Part shown: positions 24,409 to 39,194 of the stretch, one piece after another
Numbering within the stretch: position 1 is the first letter of the stretch
Layout of the letters: each line of letters opens with the position of its first letter
Position numbers and translations under genes: made by a program
The notes under the pieces: generated by a model
Told to the model about the DNA's origin: nothing
Seen by the model: the letters and a program-made list of their open reading frames with translations, nothing else
Databases searched by the model: none
Origin: Trichosphaerium sp. ATCC 40318
Taxonomy: Eukaryota > Protista > Tubulinea
Assembly (NCBI GenBank): GCA_038496445.1
Contig: JALMLS010000378.1
Coordinates: forward strand, 62,001-126,000
DNA length: 64,000 nt
Direction of reading: 5' to 3'

Positions 24409-26595
24409 TTAATGAGAAACGTTTGCAATGTACGTTTGAAACGCATTGTACAATGCCTTTTGCTCTGTAGGTGGCATACTCTTGATCTTCATCATTAAAC
24501 CAGCGATAGTTATTGGTACAGTCTTGATAAATGATCTGTAGTATACAAACGCAAACATTGCCATAAGTGCTTGACAATCAAGACGATCAGTGACACCACC
24601 ATGTCCAGGTAATGAATCACCAAAATCCTAGATATTAATGTCAATAATCATCAAGCAAGTACGAGTTGTTGTTATCAACAAAAGACGTGTGGAAAGCGAC
24701 ATACCTTAATTTTTAAGGCACGTTTAAGTCCTGAGCCAAAGAAGCCACCGAATGGAGCTACAAGAGAAGCGAATGTTGATAGAACCAATGAGTGGAGTTG
24801 AATAGGTAGTAGCGTGATTGTTGGGCTTGTGTAACCAAACTACAAAAAAAAAAAAGTGAGCAAAGCGAGAACAAACAATAAAAAAATTATCGTTCGTCGT
24901 TTACCATCAAGAACAGTGTTCGTAAAGTTGCTGGAATCTCATATGCATAAGGAGCCATTGCAAAAGGAATATCACATTGGGAAGGATAAACATCAACGCT
25001 CTAGAGAAAGAAGACAATGAGATAAGGAAATGTCAAACAGGTCAAGAAAATAATAAGAAAAATAGCTAAATTAAAACAAAATTAACGTACAATTTTAGGA
25101 CAATACATGGCAGGGAACTGAGCCAAAAAATAAGAGAACTTAAAGAAAGGTAAGCCAAGGATGCCTAAAACAAAGACGATCGTACAAAAAATCCAAAAAC
25201 GAGTGTGCTGACGAAAGCGCCAACAAAACCTTCCCAAGTCTTATTTGGACTGAGAGCGATCAAAGGAGCCTTGATGAATTTTTTACCAAAGAAGAATCCC
25301 CAGATGTATGCCCATGTGTCATTACAAGCAATCAACATTGCTGGTAGCAAGAACCATATGACACCTAAAAAACAATATTAATTACCGCAGATAACACGTC
25401 GATATGGCGGAATGTCGCTCCAAATTTTGTTTTTGTTTAGCTGAAGAGGATCGTTCACTGAACGTTTTTCAGTATCCACGTACCTTCAAAGATTTGATAG
25501 AGCATTGGAGCTGTTTGTATAACTGCAACAAACATGATAATATGAGCATAAGCCCACTGCATGAATTGGTATTTGTAAGAACCACTAAACAAAAGAAATT
25601 AGATCATTTCAAAAAAAAAATAAAAATAAAACAAAAATCTTTTTGAACATTCTGTTCTCAAAGAATACGTACGCGCGAAGAGTGCATACAAATGTTACGA
25701 AACCAGCAATATACATGCCAAAGGCAACAAATTGGTGATGATGGGCAATGAGAGATAGAATAGGATGCTCAGAGTTGAACAGTTCTGGAAATCGGTTCAT
25801 TATAAGTCTACCGTAGACATAAAAGCAGCATGTCCCGAACCACCACCTAACCAACGGCGTCAGAGATAGTGAAAATACGCAAAACTGCAATAAACGGATT
25901 TTTTGAAATGAAAATAGAAATTTTCGTGAGTTGAATTAAAAGCACTGCAGGACGCTCGGATGTGATGAATGTGTACTGAAAAGTACCAAGTAATGCGTGT
26001 AGTTTTTTAAAAAAGGTTTTCAGGAGGTTTGGCCGATATTTAAAACTAGAATACGATAAATGCGCCGGGTTGGTGTTTTCGCATTAAACAGCGTTTTAAA
26101 AAGTGTTTTAGGGCATTTTAAGCCAAGTTAAAATAATGATTGGGGCAAAAGTGTCGTTAAAACGAGAGTAGCCTGCAAACAATCTACAGGGTTGGTGTGA
26201 CGAGACGTACCAAGTAAGGTAGTAAAAGATGGCCTCCCTAGGTACTTTTGTTTTAATCATCCTCCTATTGAGTAGAATGATTTCTCTACGTGCGTTGTGA
26301 GTTTATACGTGTTAACGAGTAGTTGTTACCTGTAAACCATAGTTTGAAGTACTAAAGCAGTACAAACAAGCGCCCAATGTCCTAGGTATAATATACCACC
26401 TAAAACAACGACCATAGCCAATGAACTGCATAAAATTAGTAAGCTTGGTACAATCACCATAAAAACGTACCTCCAGAATCTAATCCACCATTTGTTCCAT
26501 TTTAAGTCCAAATGATCTTTGCCTGTTGGGATAGGCTTAGTAACAGGTGTTTGATCACTACCGTCGGACTGTTTACGTCGTTGTTTCATCATCAT
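24409..26595 (-). CDS. CDS1: Phosphatidate cytidylyltransferase (CDP-diacylglycerol synthase)
   Basis: [62 protein letters not shown]; multiple TM segments. Confidence 0.95.
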
Positions 26596-27220
26596 TTGAT
26601 TTGTAACGAATTGAAACTTAAAACACTTAAGCCACACGCCAAAAAGAAGCAACGTGGTTAATAGTCCACGTTGACACGTTATATAATTCACAAATACTTG
26701 ACGAAAAGAACAAGGCTTCCAAGATGGCCTACAAGGAGATTTGGTTGCAAAACATTTTGTTGGTCAAAAACTACTTGTCACAAAGAATTAAATAGCTACA
26801 ACGAGCATTTACCACGTAGCTCAGGTCGTTGACTTGATGTTTCTGGCCAAAGTCGGTTTTGACAGTCAAGCTACTTCACAGAAGCATAGCGGCGTTTGTA
26901 ACGTTCACAGCTATGTGGTGCACTCGCTAAATGATATTAAGAGTCTTTTCGATAGTTTAAGCCCCAACGCTGCACACAAAGAGGCAGAATTATAATAAGT
27001 CCGCTAAATAACTGTATTTACCTCCAACACGCATGTACTCGTATATATTACGATTACAAGTCATTGTGACCACTTTCGTGCATAATCTCCTCAACATCGT
27101 GTACAATGCCGTAAAATACACGAAGACATTTCTATACGCGCTTATTACGCGCCCGAGTACGTTTCTAGTTGATACAACAAGCCACTCATTTTTTGTGTTG
27201 TAGACGAACGACATGGGCCT

Positions 27221-27967
27221 ATGTCCCTCCCACCTGAGATACAGCAGTATATATGTACATACAACCATGAGACATTCACAAAATGGCATCTCATGTGTTT
27301 TGAAGCAGCAACAAAAACTCATTTTGACGAAAAACTAAAAAGAAAAGGACTTTGGATAAAATGGTACAAAAGTGGTATTGTAGCTCAACATTGGAGGCCC
27401 TCAGGACTTTGTAAAGCATGGTATGAGAACCGTCAGATTAAAGCGGTGTGTCACATGAAAAGAGGTAAACGTCACGGGATGTATAAACAATGGTTTAAAA
27501 ATGGAAATCTTCAGTTTCAATGCAATGTCAAACATGGTAAGCATCAAGGTGAACATAAAACATGGCATAAGAATGGTCAATTAAAGGAACACTGTTATGT
27601 GAAGGATCACAAGGTACATGGCGTTCAAAAAAAGTGGCATGATAATGGTAAACTTAAAGTAAAGTGTACTATAAAAGATGAAAAGGCAGAAGGTGAATAT
27701 AAACAATGGTTCATGAATGGCAGATTGCACGTGCATTGTTTCATGAAGAATGGTAAGGAAGATGGTAAGTATAAGAGGTGGCACGCAAGTGGACAGTTGC
27801 TTATAGAATGTACAATGAAAGATGGTGTAGCAGAAGGACCTTATAAAAAGTGGTTCAGAAATGGTCAACTTAATATGAAATGTAACATGATAAACGGGAA
27901 AATACACGGTCCGCATAAGCGCTGGAGTTTTGATGGACAGCTACAATCTGATGATAACGGTACATAA
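27221..27967 (+). CDS. F-box-like + about 8 MORN-variant (YwqK-like) repeats
   Basis: SLPPEIQQYI; 24-aa repeats HGxYKxWxxNGxLxxxCxxKxGK. Confidence 0.8.
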   Translation: MSLPPEIQQYICTYNHETFTKWHLMCFEAATKTHFDEKLKRKGLWIKWYKSGIVAQHWRPSGLCKAWYENRQIKAVCHMKRGKRHGMYKQWFKNGNLQFQCNVKHGKHQGEHKTWHKNGQLKEHCYVKDHKVHGVQKKWHDNGKLKVKCTIKDEKAEGEYKQWFMNGRLHVHCFMKNGKEDGKYKRWHASGQLLIECTMKDGVAEGPYKKWFRNGQLNMKCNMINGKIHGPHKRWSFDGQLQSDDNGT

Positions 27968-28137
27968 AAAGACGACATTGTACAAAAACCAAAAAAAACT
28001 GTAAACAGAAAGAAATAAAAGACCTAAACAAACATTGGTTCAACTTTTTTTGCTCACCAACTGAATCACAAAAAGTCTTTGTTTTTTTTCAATGTAATTT
28101 TATATTTTCTATTATACATGTTTTTATTACGAAGACC

Positions 28138-31100
28138 TTACAAAGAGTATTTCAATAACCATTCACAAGTTTCAGCCAAAAGTGCAAACTCATGTTTCTT
28201 TGCGATTGTAGCAAAAATCTCAATCCTTTAAAAAAAAAACAGTCAGCAAAAAAAAACGTGTCACGTGTATCAATTGAGAAATTTTTTTGACATACCTCCT
28301 CTTTACAACGTCAGCATCTAGTTTAGTCTTGAATTTTCCAGCACACTCAGTACATAATCCAGCCATGTGCTCTACTTTGATGCCTTTGCATTTTTTACAA
28401 ACCAAATCCTGCATTTGATATGTACGGAGCTGTCTGTGTACAATTTGTATCAACCTCTGCTCGGCTACAGCTTTATCATAACTATGACCGCAATTTCCAC
28501 ATTTCCATTCAACCTGAGACAATAAATAAGCAACAGCACAAAGTAAACAAGGTTTCAACATAATTTTTTGTTCCTTCTATAAAATACCGAACTAAAAAAA
28601 AAGTAAAACGTACGGCAGTAAGACCCTTGTCGGCCAGGAGATCTAGATTCTTACTGTGCGTGCAATAGGAACAAAATACATTACGAAGAATAAAGGTATC
28701 ATCATTATCGTTATACTGAGCCTCTGGAGAGAAGGCGCCAACACCGATTAATTGAAGCAAATTCTAATGCAAAGTCAGTTTTCGATAAAAAAGAAATTGA
28801 AGCATACCCTCTTCAGTCTATCAATACCAGATTTCAGCGATGTTTTCAGTTGCAATAGGTGGCACACTAGATTTATGAACTGCAATACAGACGTTTTATC
28901 ATCTTCATCAGACATACTTAAAACAATCGTGTCAGCCAAAGAAAAAAAAACTGATAAAAAATAAGATTGCGCACGTTGACTCAAGTTGCCGTTGAACATC
29001 TTGGGTTGTAGGAAGTAAACGATGTGTAAAGTGCTCTACTAAGGCATCTTCATCCTCTTCCTCTTCATCTTGCTCAGTAATCATGTTATGCTTAGTATCA
29101 CCAGCAGAAAGATTTGCTTTATGTTTCTTATTATTTTCTTGCAACATACGCGCTTGTTGAAGCTCAGTAGGTGCATCAGCACGTCTAAGGTATAACTGCG
29201 TAACAAAGTCATATATCGTCACAGAAAAGTGGCGAATAATAGCAGCAGGCAATGTCTGTATGAGGCTCCACTGACCAACGACTCTACTGACTAAAGAAAA
29301 TTTTTAGAGAATCGTCTATTGAACAAACAAAAAAACCAAAGACTTACCAATCTCATTCTTATCTGTCATCCTCTCATCTTCACTACAAGGAATACCAACA
29401 AAATTTGTTCTATCCTTGAACAATAGAGTATCCCAATACTTCTTAGCAACAAGATCCACATACTGGAAGAGATTCTCGCTTTTGACTGTGTTTACCAAAA
29501 AGTCAAAGTAAGCTTTAGCTTCTTCCAAAGATGTCTTTGTAGTCCCAATGATTACCTAGGAAATGAATCAATAATCAAGTCTTCAACACTTTAATGACTG
29601 CTAACGTACCTTATTAAAATCGGCATACAAGATCTTGGCACCCAGACGCTTCAAATGAGCGATCAAACGTAGGAACACTTTTTTAATGAGTTTATGGATC
29701 ATTGAGTGGAATGCTGGGTCATAAAGACCAGATGTTGGTGAAGAAACCCAGTATAAGTAGTTTCTGACCATGGTATCAGCATAAACATTGTAATCTGTAC
29801 CAGGAGTATGATACACATCATGAGCCCTTTAAAGACAGTCAGAAATCAAGAAAAACACGTGGTAAGAGGAAAAAGGTACCATCTTGTCACGAGTGTTTTG
29901 AGAGCTCTGAATGCTGGTGCACAAGCCAAGAACTCGTCTCTTGGACCACGATCTGATGAATTATGCGCATGTGACTTTTGGTCATCAAGTGTGAGCTTCT
30001 CTTGGACCATTTGCATAATATCTTTCGCGGAGTCGAACATTTGAGCAGCTAATAAAAAATATGAGTCTTCAAAGACGCAAAGTCAAAAAAAAAAATACTT
30101 ACTGCCAAGATCGCGAATATGTGATGCTTCTAGGATAGTATTTACAGCTAAACCATTGATATCAATCTCAATAGATACAGTCTCACAACAAGCAGAGTTG
30201 ACAAGCTCATACTTTTCGAAGTCATCGACTTAAAGACATGTTAGTAACTTAAAGAAAAAAGACGGGGTAAAAAAAAAACATACTGTAAATATCATCGTTT
30301 TGCTCGCTACCGCCGAGATCTGGTTTATCTGTAGGCGAGTACCAAAGTACAATCTCACGTTGCTTCAGTTCACGTGCGAATTCGATATCACATAGAAGAC
30401 GGAGGTAATCAGGAGGGAAGTTTCCGATAGGTACACGAGCATATCGAGCTAATTCAATGGAGGTGTCATACCACTTTTCAATGGACCTAAAAAAAAAATG
30501 AACAAAAATTCCATGTAGGTTTTTGTTTTGAGATTACTACGTACAGTGCACGTTTAACAAACAAAGCAGCGCTGAATTCGAACCACTTGAATGTAGGATA
30601 AAGATTATCCTTCTCATTGCTGGCCATGGTGATAACAGGTACTTCCTGCAAAGTTGTGATATCTCTCATCATTGTAAATTTATCATTCTTTGATTGAAGG
30701 AGCTTCAACATTGTCAGCAAGTGGACATCAAAACAGTTCTACGTACGAATATTAGAGGTCCTTTGATGCCACTCTTGAGGTTGCTTAATACAGTATTGGC
30801 ATGACTAGTAGCAGCACGAAGAGTAGCAAGACGCATGGTTGAAACATCCAAAGTGTCAATATCTTTGACATTTTCTAGCGCTTTCGAGATGTTACCCATC
30901 TGCTCCTGAGCATGAGGTGTTGCGTAAATCACATGACAAGAACCATCATGTGGAGCATATATTCCGAAGGTAGCTCTAGTGTCTTTTTGACTGTGATAGA
31001 CGTATATGAACCTAAAACGCAAAAAGTTAGCAAGATGTACAAAAAAAAAAGCCTTAAAATGCATACCTTGGCCTGACCGTTAGGTAATCACTTATGGACG

Positions 31101-34100
31101 AATGAGCAGAACTAAATTGATCTAGACGCCAAGGAGAATCAATTGGATGCTCTTGATGAGCTTGCTTAACACTGCACATGCATCCCAAAGACATCATTGC
31201 GCGGAACTCTATTGGCATTTGTGTTCCATAGAATCCTTCAACATCAGGCGAGGATCGTTGCATATCCAATGTATTTTGTTGTGCCTTGTAAAGAGCTTCT
31301 GGTAAACGAACCTCATATAGATTTTGTCTATGACGGTTTCTTGGAAGCTTGTGAGAAACACTTTCCTAAAAAAGACGGTCAACCACATTCTTAAGAAAAA
31401 AGAAGGAAAAAAAATAACGACTCAAAACAACTCATCACGTACGATGCCCATGTGTAGTTTCTCGCCACCAGGAGTGAAGACATCTGCTTTCATATTTTCA
31501 ACTAGATCTTTAGGAACAGAATATGCGTTAAGATGGAATACACGATCAACACTCAACGAAACAGAAGTCATTTGATTTTCATCTGTAACAAACCATACTT
31601 TTAAGAATCCTACAAGAAAAAAAACAGATCAGCACCAAAAAAACCAGTCTTCATCTCAACTTTGTCTTCACGTACCTTGTGAGTCTCGCTCTCTAGGTTC
31701 AATTTGGATAATATGCCAAGGTTGTTGCGTAAGAGACATTGTCTGTTCTCTAAAGTAAGTCTGAAGCGCAGTATCATTACGTCTAGCTTTGGAACCTAAA
31801 CATATTTTTTAGTATTTTTTTTTTTACCAATTACCAGACAACGTACCATATTTCGTGCGTCTCAACTTCTTTTTATGACGCTGTAACTTCCATTTCTTTT
31901 TCATCCAAGCCAAGTATGCTCGAGGTTCGGTTTCCTCATTTGGAGCAGGACCAATATCCATGTCAATCATTTCTTCATCTTCATCTCCGTCACGTTTCCT
32001 AAAGCGAAAAAAGTAAGCATCCAACGTTAACTTGTATGAAAAAAAACAACTCTACTAGGGTCAATCATACCTCTTTTGACCTCTTGAGTTTCCTTTGGAT
32101 TTATATTTTGTGACAGAAGCAACAGCAGGTCGAGATCTCTTACCAACAAGAGTGTCGCCAATATTTTCTGAAAAAAAAAGTAAGTTTTTTGAGGTACAGC
32201 AAAAGGGCTTCAAAATCAAGTACCCATGTCCGCCAATGCTTCGCGAGAAATGGTCTGAAAACCAAGAGTAGTCTGCTTGCCGCTAAATAAATATATCAGA
32301 CGTTGTGATTATTATAAGGTATTTAGGGAAATAGACTAAAAAAAACAGTAAATAAAAATTAGGTGTACCGATTGGCCAATTTCTTACGAAGCCAGTCTGG
32401 TGGTGCTACACGTGGTAGAGGGCTTTCTTTTAACCCTTGCAATAGAGCAGGTATAACAACAATTTTCTGTATAACAGAAACAAGACGAGTACGGTAGTAG
32501 TCCCAATCCAAAATATCTCTAAAAGACAGAAACTTAGTACTAAAAAAATAAATAATTTCGCACCTCAGGTTGGCACCAGCCTTAGCCTTTGATACCCAAC
32601 GTGCTAACCATTTCGCACGCACTGCAGGATCTTGTCTCTTATTGAATAATACAACTGGAATTGCACGTTGTGTGACTTGAACACTTGTAGGCTCTTTTGA
32701 AATGACATACTCACAAACAAGACCTTTAGTAGATCCAGAGTCTTTTGTCATCTCAAGTAATCCAGCGTCAAGCATACGAGAAGCAGTAGTGATCCAAGCA
32801 TTCTTTGTTTTACCATACTCCTTAACATCCTTGTTCATCACACGTGACTCGGAGATTAATCGAATCAAACCTTCATCATCAAAGTTTGCACCCTTCGTAT
32901 CAAGAATGTCCAGATAGTACTCGCAAATACGTGCAATGTTGCTGTAAGCGCCTATTGCAAGAGAATTAGTATACCAAAGGTCTAATGGTACAACTGAAGT
33001 TGACACGTACCCTCAAGTCCTTCACCCATTAGTAGAGGTTTCTCGCCCGAAAGATCGCGTTTATCTTCGCTACCGAATAAATCTTCTTGGAATTCCTTAA
33101 TCAATTTGAGCTCTCCTCTTCTCTTCTTTTCGAAACCTTTAAGCTCAGAGAGATGACCAGTCTTATCGAATACAGCATAACGTTTTTTAAGTTTTTTACC
33201 TGTAATAGAGCGTTAAACAAGGCCGCCAAGAAACACAAACAAAAAAAAAAAACAAAAGTGGTTACCTTCTTCGGTGGAACTAGGCAGTAACATGCACTTG
33301 TATGGTCCATCTACTTCAAAGAAGATAGTACAAACCTTACTCTTATCATATAATCCAGTTTCAGGGTTAAGTGTTTGATATTGATCATTGGTAAAGTAAG
33401 CAAACGTTGCTTGATTTAGGATAGCACAAGCAAAGTTAACAGTAGTTTGATTACCAGACTTGCTCGTAAAAGTGAACTTTTCTGGAAATGATGACGGCAA
33501 GGTACACCAAATACCATCAGTATCAAGTTCTAGAGGTTGCCCTATTCTTTCTATAATCTCCCTGGCTCTCTTGATGATCTCAGCACCGCTGTGTGTAACT
33601 AAAACGTCAAACATTAGTGGAGGTTTTTTTGGAAGAAAAAGAAAGTACCAATTGCTGCCATCTCCATAGAGTACCATCTTGCTCCCCTTGCCATTACATA
33701 ACCGTAAAAGGAGTTCAAGATACACTTATGAGCCATTTGAAGTGAATCATACAGTATAGTACGGTCCTTTGCTACACGAACAGCAAGAGCGTCACCTTCC
33801 TCTTTGGCTTTTCTCAATTTTTTGCCCCAAACTTTCACGGAAGTTTTGTGCTCGTAACGTCTGTCACGGAAACTCTTTACACAGTCGACATAGAAAGAGT
33901 TTTCACGCATGCAGACAGTATCAGTACGTTGTAAAGTCTACATAAACATCAGCACAATCGAAACAACAACGACTAAAATCAAAACTTACCTCTTCTTTAT
34001 GTGTCCTATGGTACACCTGCTTAGAGTATGCTTTTAGCTCTGTCTTTAGTATATCGTTTTGTTGCTCAACAGGTAATTGATAATAATTAACAGTTATAGG

Positions 34101-37100
34101 CTCTTTGGTTTTATAGTTTATCATGACATTGCCGTCTCTGTCTTTCTTTTCATAAGCTTTAAAATGTCAAGGGAAAAAAAAATTACAAGTCATAATGGAA
34201 AAAAACGTTTCAGAGCCGATGTACGGCTGTCACGTGAAAAAATTATCGGTAGGATACACTGTGTCTCAATGCGACTTAAAACGCGATTGACTTCCTTGTG
34301 CTTTGCAGGAATGTAATCAACACGCCACTGCCAGTCCATGCGCCGTTTGCTGAAAGCACGTTAGTTTGTTGTAAACACACTCAAAAAAAAGACTTTGGAG
34401 CAGTGAAGCAATACGTACCAATCATTCTTAGGGTTGTTGTATATACAAGCAGAGCACATCTCATCATTAACAACAGAAGATGGCTGAAGCCTGTTCGTGA
34501 TGATAATATTAGGGTACATAGCTGATACGTCCATGTGATAAATCATAGGTTTTTCATGTCTTTTTGGCTCGCTTCTAAGCTCTTCAAGCTGTCTAACAAT
34601 CTCGTCTCTCACTTCCTCATAGTCTGTCAACTCTTCAACATTCTGGTGATGTTCTTCAGTAAGAGAGAATTTGAGAATTTCATCGACATTGTCCTTGAGA
34701 GTTTGAAGGTATTCAGTGTCCAATTCAAACTCCATTGGAATATCCTCTCTAGAAAAAAATATGAGTTCTTGCCTTTTATCAACTTTTTTTGACCAATCAC
34801 GTGCCTGAAAATACCAACAGATATGGCTTCTACGTGGCCACCGACATAAGTTTGCTTTTCAATGACATGACCATCGTACAAGTCGAATTGACGTTCAGAT
34901 TTCTTATTTGGAAAAATAATATTTTTATGACGTGCTTCCACCATCAACAACATTTCACATAATTTACCAGTACCCTTCACAAAGAGTTAATTACACTTGT
35001 ATGAAACGAGTTTAAACAGAAGAGCACATACCTTTCTCAAGACGTCATCTGGGTGAAGAGGCAGAATCATACAAAGAGAAAAGATGAACGGATGAACAAA
35101 CTTTTCATAGAGGTAATAAGTAGCGTATGCGTCAGATACAGAGTAATCTGACATTTTAGCAGGTTCATATTTGGCCATACGGACCATATCTTCTGGGTCA
35201 ACTTCAACAGGGTCATATTTAAGCTTTTTCTTAGTGACACCTAAAAAAAGAGTCAGAAAAGAATGACATTAGATGGCTTTCACAAAGAACGTACTCTTCA
35301 AACCCAGACTACCACGTGGTAGGTATGAATCACGAACGACCCAATTATAAGCATCTAAATGAGGTGCAAAACGTGCAGAGTAATAATCTTTTAATCCACC
35401 TCTCCTAAGAAAGCAAACAATGAGAATACTTGAATCAACGATAACAAAGGTAAAAAAAAAAAGACGTACTGTTTACATACACCGATTTCATCGTGCATAT
35501 TAAGCCCATGACGTTTAGAACGTGCCTCAACAAAAGGCCAATCGAAACCATCACCATTGTATGTGACGTATACATTTGGTCTGAGCTCTCTCATGTGTTC
35601 GAAGAACTTTTGCAACAACGATTTCTAGAAAGAAGAAAAAAAAATCAATCGTTTGATTCTCATGGATACAGAGCTTCAAAAAAATAAAATTCTAGCGTGA
35701 ACGCATACCTCGTCTTTACAATTGATAACTTCAAAAGGACCTGGCATGTCATCTGTCTCGACAGGCGTGTAATTAAAGGATTTCAAGTCAGCTCCAACAT
35801 GACGTCTGTTTGTGATCAAATATCCTTATTTAGAGATTAGCAATTGCTCCATAAGAACTATGTAATATGTACCTTGTCTATCAATCATGTAAGAAATCAT
35901 AAAAATCTCATCAAGATCAGCTGTAGGAAATCGAAGTTCAGCTTTTGTTGTTTCGATATCGAAAGCTAGAATCTTTGGTTCTGCTTTCATTTCAAGAAGG
36001 TCATTTCGACGTTCCATTGATGCAACACCACTCTTTACAGTAACATCATACCACATACCACAACGACGGTCTACAAAAAGGCGTTAACGCCTCGAAAAAA
36101 AAACAAAAAAGAATTTCCTGCTGTAATCGCTTTTTATCGCTTAATAACACTTACCAGTATCGATTGACACACGTTGGTAGTAGATAACATCAAACTCTCG
36201 GATATCAAGGATAAATTCAGAATAAAAGTCGGAATCCACATTTTGTGCCTTTCTCTCAACTCTATAGTCAAACGGTTAACCAACAAATCAAACGCCAACA
36301 ACAAAATAAGAAAAAAACGAAAACTTGCGATTCTTCGTTGAAAACTCATTTCAGAATATCGCAAACGCTAAGATACCAATGGAAACATACCTATCTGCGT
36401 TGTAAATCTCATCTGTAACAGACATGGCGCGATTTCTTTTAACAATTGGCATTAATTCTTTACGGACTTGTAAATAGTCCTGTACAGTGCGGAAAGATAG
36501 TTTCAAGTATAGTTTAGTCAATCCTGCCAAGTGGTTTTTCTAAACAAAGCCAACGATTAGAAAAAAACGTTTTAAATTATTTTACAATTTCTAGCGTTAA
36601 AAAGCACTCCACACAATTTATCAAGCGTCCGTGGTTACAATAAAAGTGACGTACCATATCTAAATCGATTTTGTCTACGCGCTCAATATCAACAAGTAGA
36701 GTGTCAAATCTACGCCTGAAAAAGTCCTCAACTTCTACAAAGGAATCCTCCTATAGCGTAGTGATAAGAGAAAAGCCGCAAATTCTACAAAATTGTTTGA
36801 AATGTACCTTTATGGCGATATAACAGTACGGGCATCTTGGAATCGTGACTTTGAACGTGGACGCATCCTTTAATGGATTAGAACAACGGCGGGAAAGTGT
36901 TAACATTACAAACCTGTTGTATAAAGTAATAATCCACCGCACTCAATAAACTGCCTGTTTTAGTGTCTTCTATGACGGTCTAAGCGTTGTTAAGCTTGGG
37001 CGCCAAAGTATTTGTTTGTTTTGTTTAAAATAATACCGTATGCATGTTTAGTAGCCAAGCGAGCTTAGTTACATCGTGGCCTTGATCATTTAAGCGTTCA

Positions 37101-37276
37101 AAACCGAATTTGCAATCAAGTTGATGTTCTTTTAACGCTCTATCGCGGCTATGTTGCTTTGGGTTGTACGCAGGCTTTTTATCCTGTTTGTACAATTTAT
37201 TGGTTGGTTTGCTATACTTTGATTTTCTCCCGTTGTAGTTTGTATTCTCTTTACCAGAGCTCCTCGTCTTCATCAT
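28138..37276 (-). CDS. POLE: DNA polymerase epsilon catalytic subunit (many short introns)
   Basis: Exo [10 protein letters not shown], Exo [13 protein letters not shown], Exo III YSVSDA; motif [12 protein letters not shown], motif [13 protein letters not shown], motif [11 protein letters not shown]; LDWDYY; C-terminal CxxC pairs (CSYC, CGNC, CKKC, CTEC). Confidence 0.98.
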
Positions 37277-37831
37277 TTTTAATAATTTTTGAGCATACAA
37301 TGTACGAGGCGGGAAGTATTTAAAATAATTTTTTTGAACTTTTTTTGAACAAAAAGTAACGGCAACTTTTTTCCAACTTGGTCGTTCAATTGGTATTCTC
37401 AATGTGAAGAGTATTATGTCAAAACTATACCTAAAACATCTCGAATAGACGCAATTAGCCTTATTTTAAGTAATAACGCTGCAAAACAAGTTAGCTATTC
37501 AACTTGTCAGTTAAATGAAGGAGAAATAGCTTTATTCGCGTAGAATAAGTTTCATTCGAGCAATTACATGGTCAGAACACCAAACGAGAGTGCGCGTCCA
37601 AAAAGTCTCAGGTGAACATAATTATCGGCTCCAGCGTCCGGAACCTTTATTCAAATTCAGTTATTAGACGTAACAGTTTACTTTGCTGTGTTGGATGTGT
37701 ACTAGTAGTGGGAGTACCGCAGTTTAAGAGATATCACGTTATACCGTTAGTGCACTACACGTTTTCATGTGCACGCTATCATAGCCTTAAATCATTATTA
37801 TTTACGAGAACCACAACATACAAAGCAACAC

Positions 37832-38851
37832 ATGGAAGATCAACATCTTGAAGACATTTCTACAGCCGATACACAGTTTTCTTCTGATCAATACTATAAT
37901 GATTCGGAACTTTTCGGTAAGAGAACTAATACGAAAATGTCACGTTTACTACCATACTTGTTAATCACTATCGCCCAAACTACTTCTCCACTCTGAACCA
38001 TCCTTTATGCTTTAATACTGATTACTGCAATAGCCACTGGCGTACCTGATTCTGAGGATCCTTTGTGCGATGAACAAGAGCAACAGCCACGAGATATGAC
38101 CCCGCTTATTTCGCAAGCACAGAATGGCAGACCACGATTCAGTACGTTAATAGATTCAATCGAAAATCGTTTTCTGACTATTGAACAGTTGATGAAAACG
38201 CTTCTAGAAGCAATACATACGTATCCTATATATCTCATTCGCTAAAGCGACGATCATCTCATTCCAGCAGTACGTCGTCAAGCGTGTACGCCGAAGATAC
38301 TAAAACGCTCTTTAGTTCGTCGTAGTCCTATAGTTCTATCACGACGCCGTGATATACTTCAAATACAGCAGTTTCAAGCCACAAACATAATGCCTCAATA
38401 CAATCCCAGACAGTTTACTCCTGCTGCAAATCCTAAGCTCCAACACGCTTCAAACGAAAGAAACAGACGCCGTGATAAGAGAAACAAGGTACCTTTATTC
38501 AAAAAAACTCCTTTTTTTTTGTGAAAGAATTCTAGAACTCACGTGTTTGTTAGTTTCTAAGACTTCAAGAGTTATTACCGTCACTCCCAAACCCAAATAC
38601 AGGTATACCTTTTGAACTGATTTGTGTGTACGGATTTTTCTTCTTCTGACAAGACCGATTTTAGGAAGTCCTAGAGTAACACAAATGCAAATACTAGACG
38701 CCGTTATCAGACACTTAAGACACATCGCTTTTACGGTAACTTTTTTTTTTGATCAACTTTTTTTTTTCTTCTGTTTCTTATGACGTTTGTTACTCAGATT
38801 GAACAAAATCGTCGATCTGATGAAGGTGAAGAGGATCAATTAATGGAATGA
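37832..38851 (+). CDS. Hypothetical multi-exon protein, divergent from POLE
   Basis: Coding-like segments bounded by GT..AG introns; exon chain uncertain; no domain recognised. Confidence 0.35.
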
Positions 38852-39194
38852 TGTTACATTTTGTGAACACGCTTTATGTATTTTATAGGCATTCAAACGA
38901 ATAACAAGCCTTTTCTTTGATATTATGTAAATATGTTATAAATAAACTTCAAAAATTTTTAATTCAATTACATTTGTCTGACCACTTTTGTTCTTTTTTT
39001 TGAAAAATTGAACTAAATCCTTGTTAATTTTGAACCGAAAAATGCGGAGAAATTGTGATCCCATCGATTATCATTATTTCCACGTGTAATTTCACCCAAA
39101 AAAAAAAAAAAAAAAAAAAAAGGTTTTAAAGTTTTCGTTCTCTTTTTGTTTACCATTCCTTCCATTATTAGTGTACTATCATGGTTTCTTAATG

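Noticed and set aside
27221-27967. Endogenous giant virus region suggested by MORN-variant and LRR genes
   Set aside because: No NCLDV core genes are present; these genes are scattered among intron-containing host genes.
28138-37276. Alternative genetic code or fragmented polymerase suggested by many short ORFs
   Set aside because: Stops examined fall within introns, and conserved motifs join in frame under the standard code.
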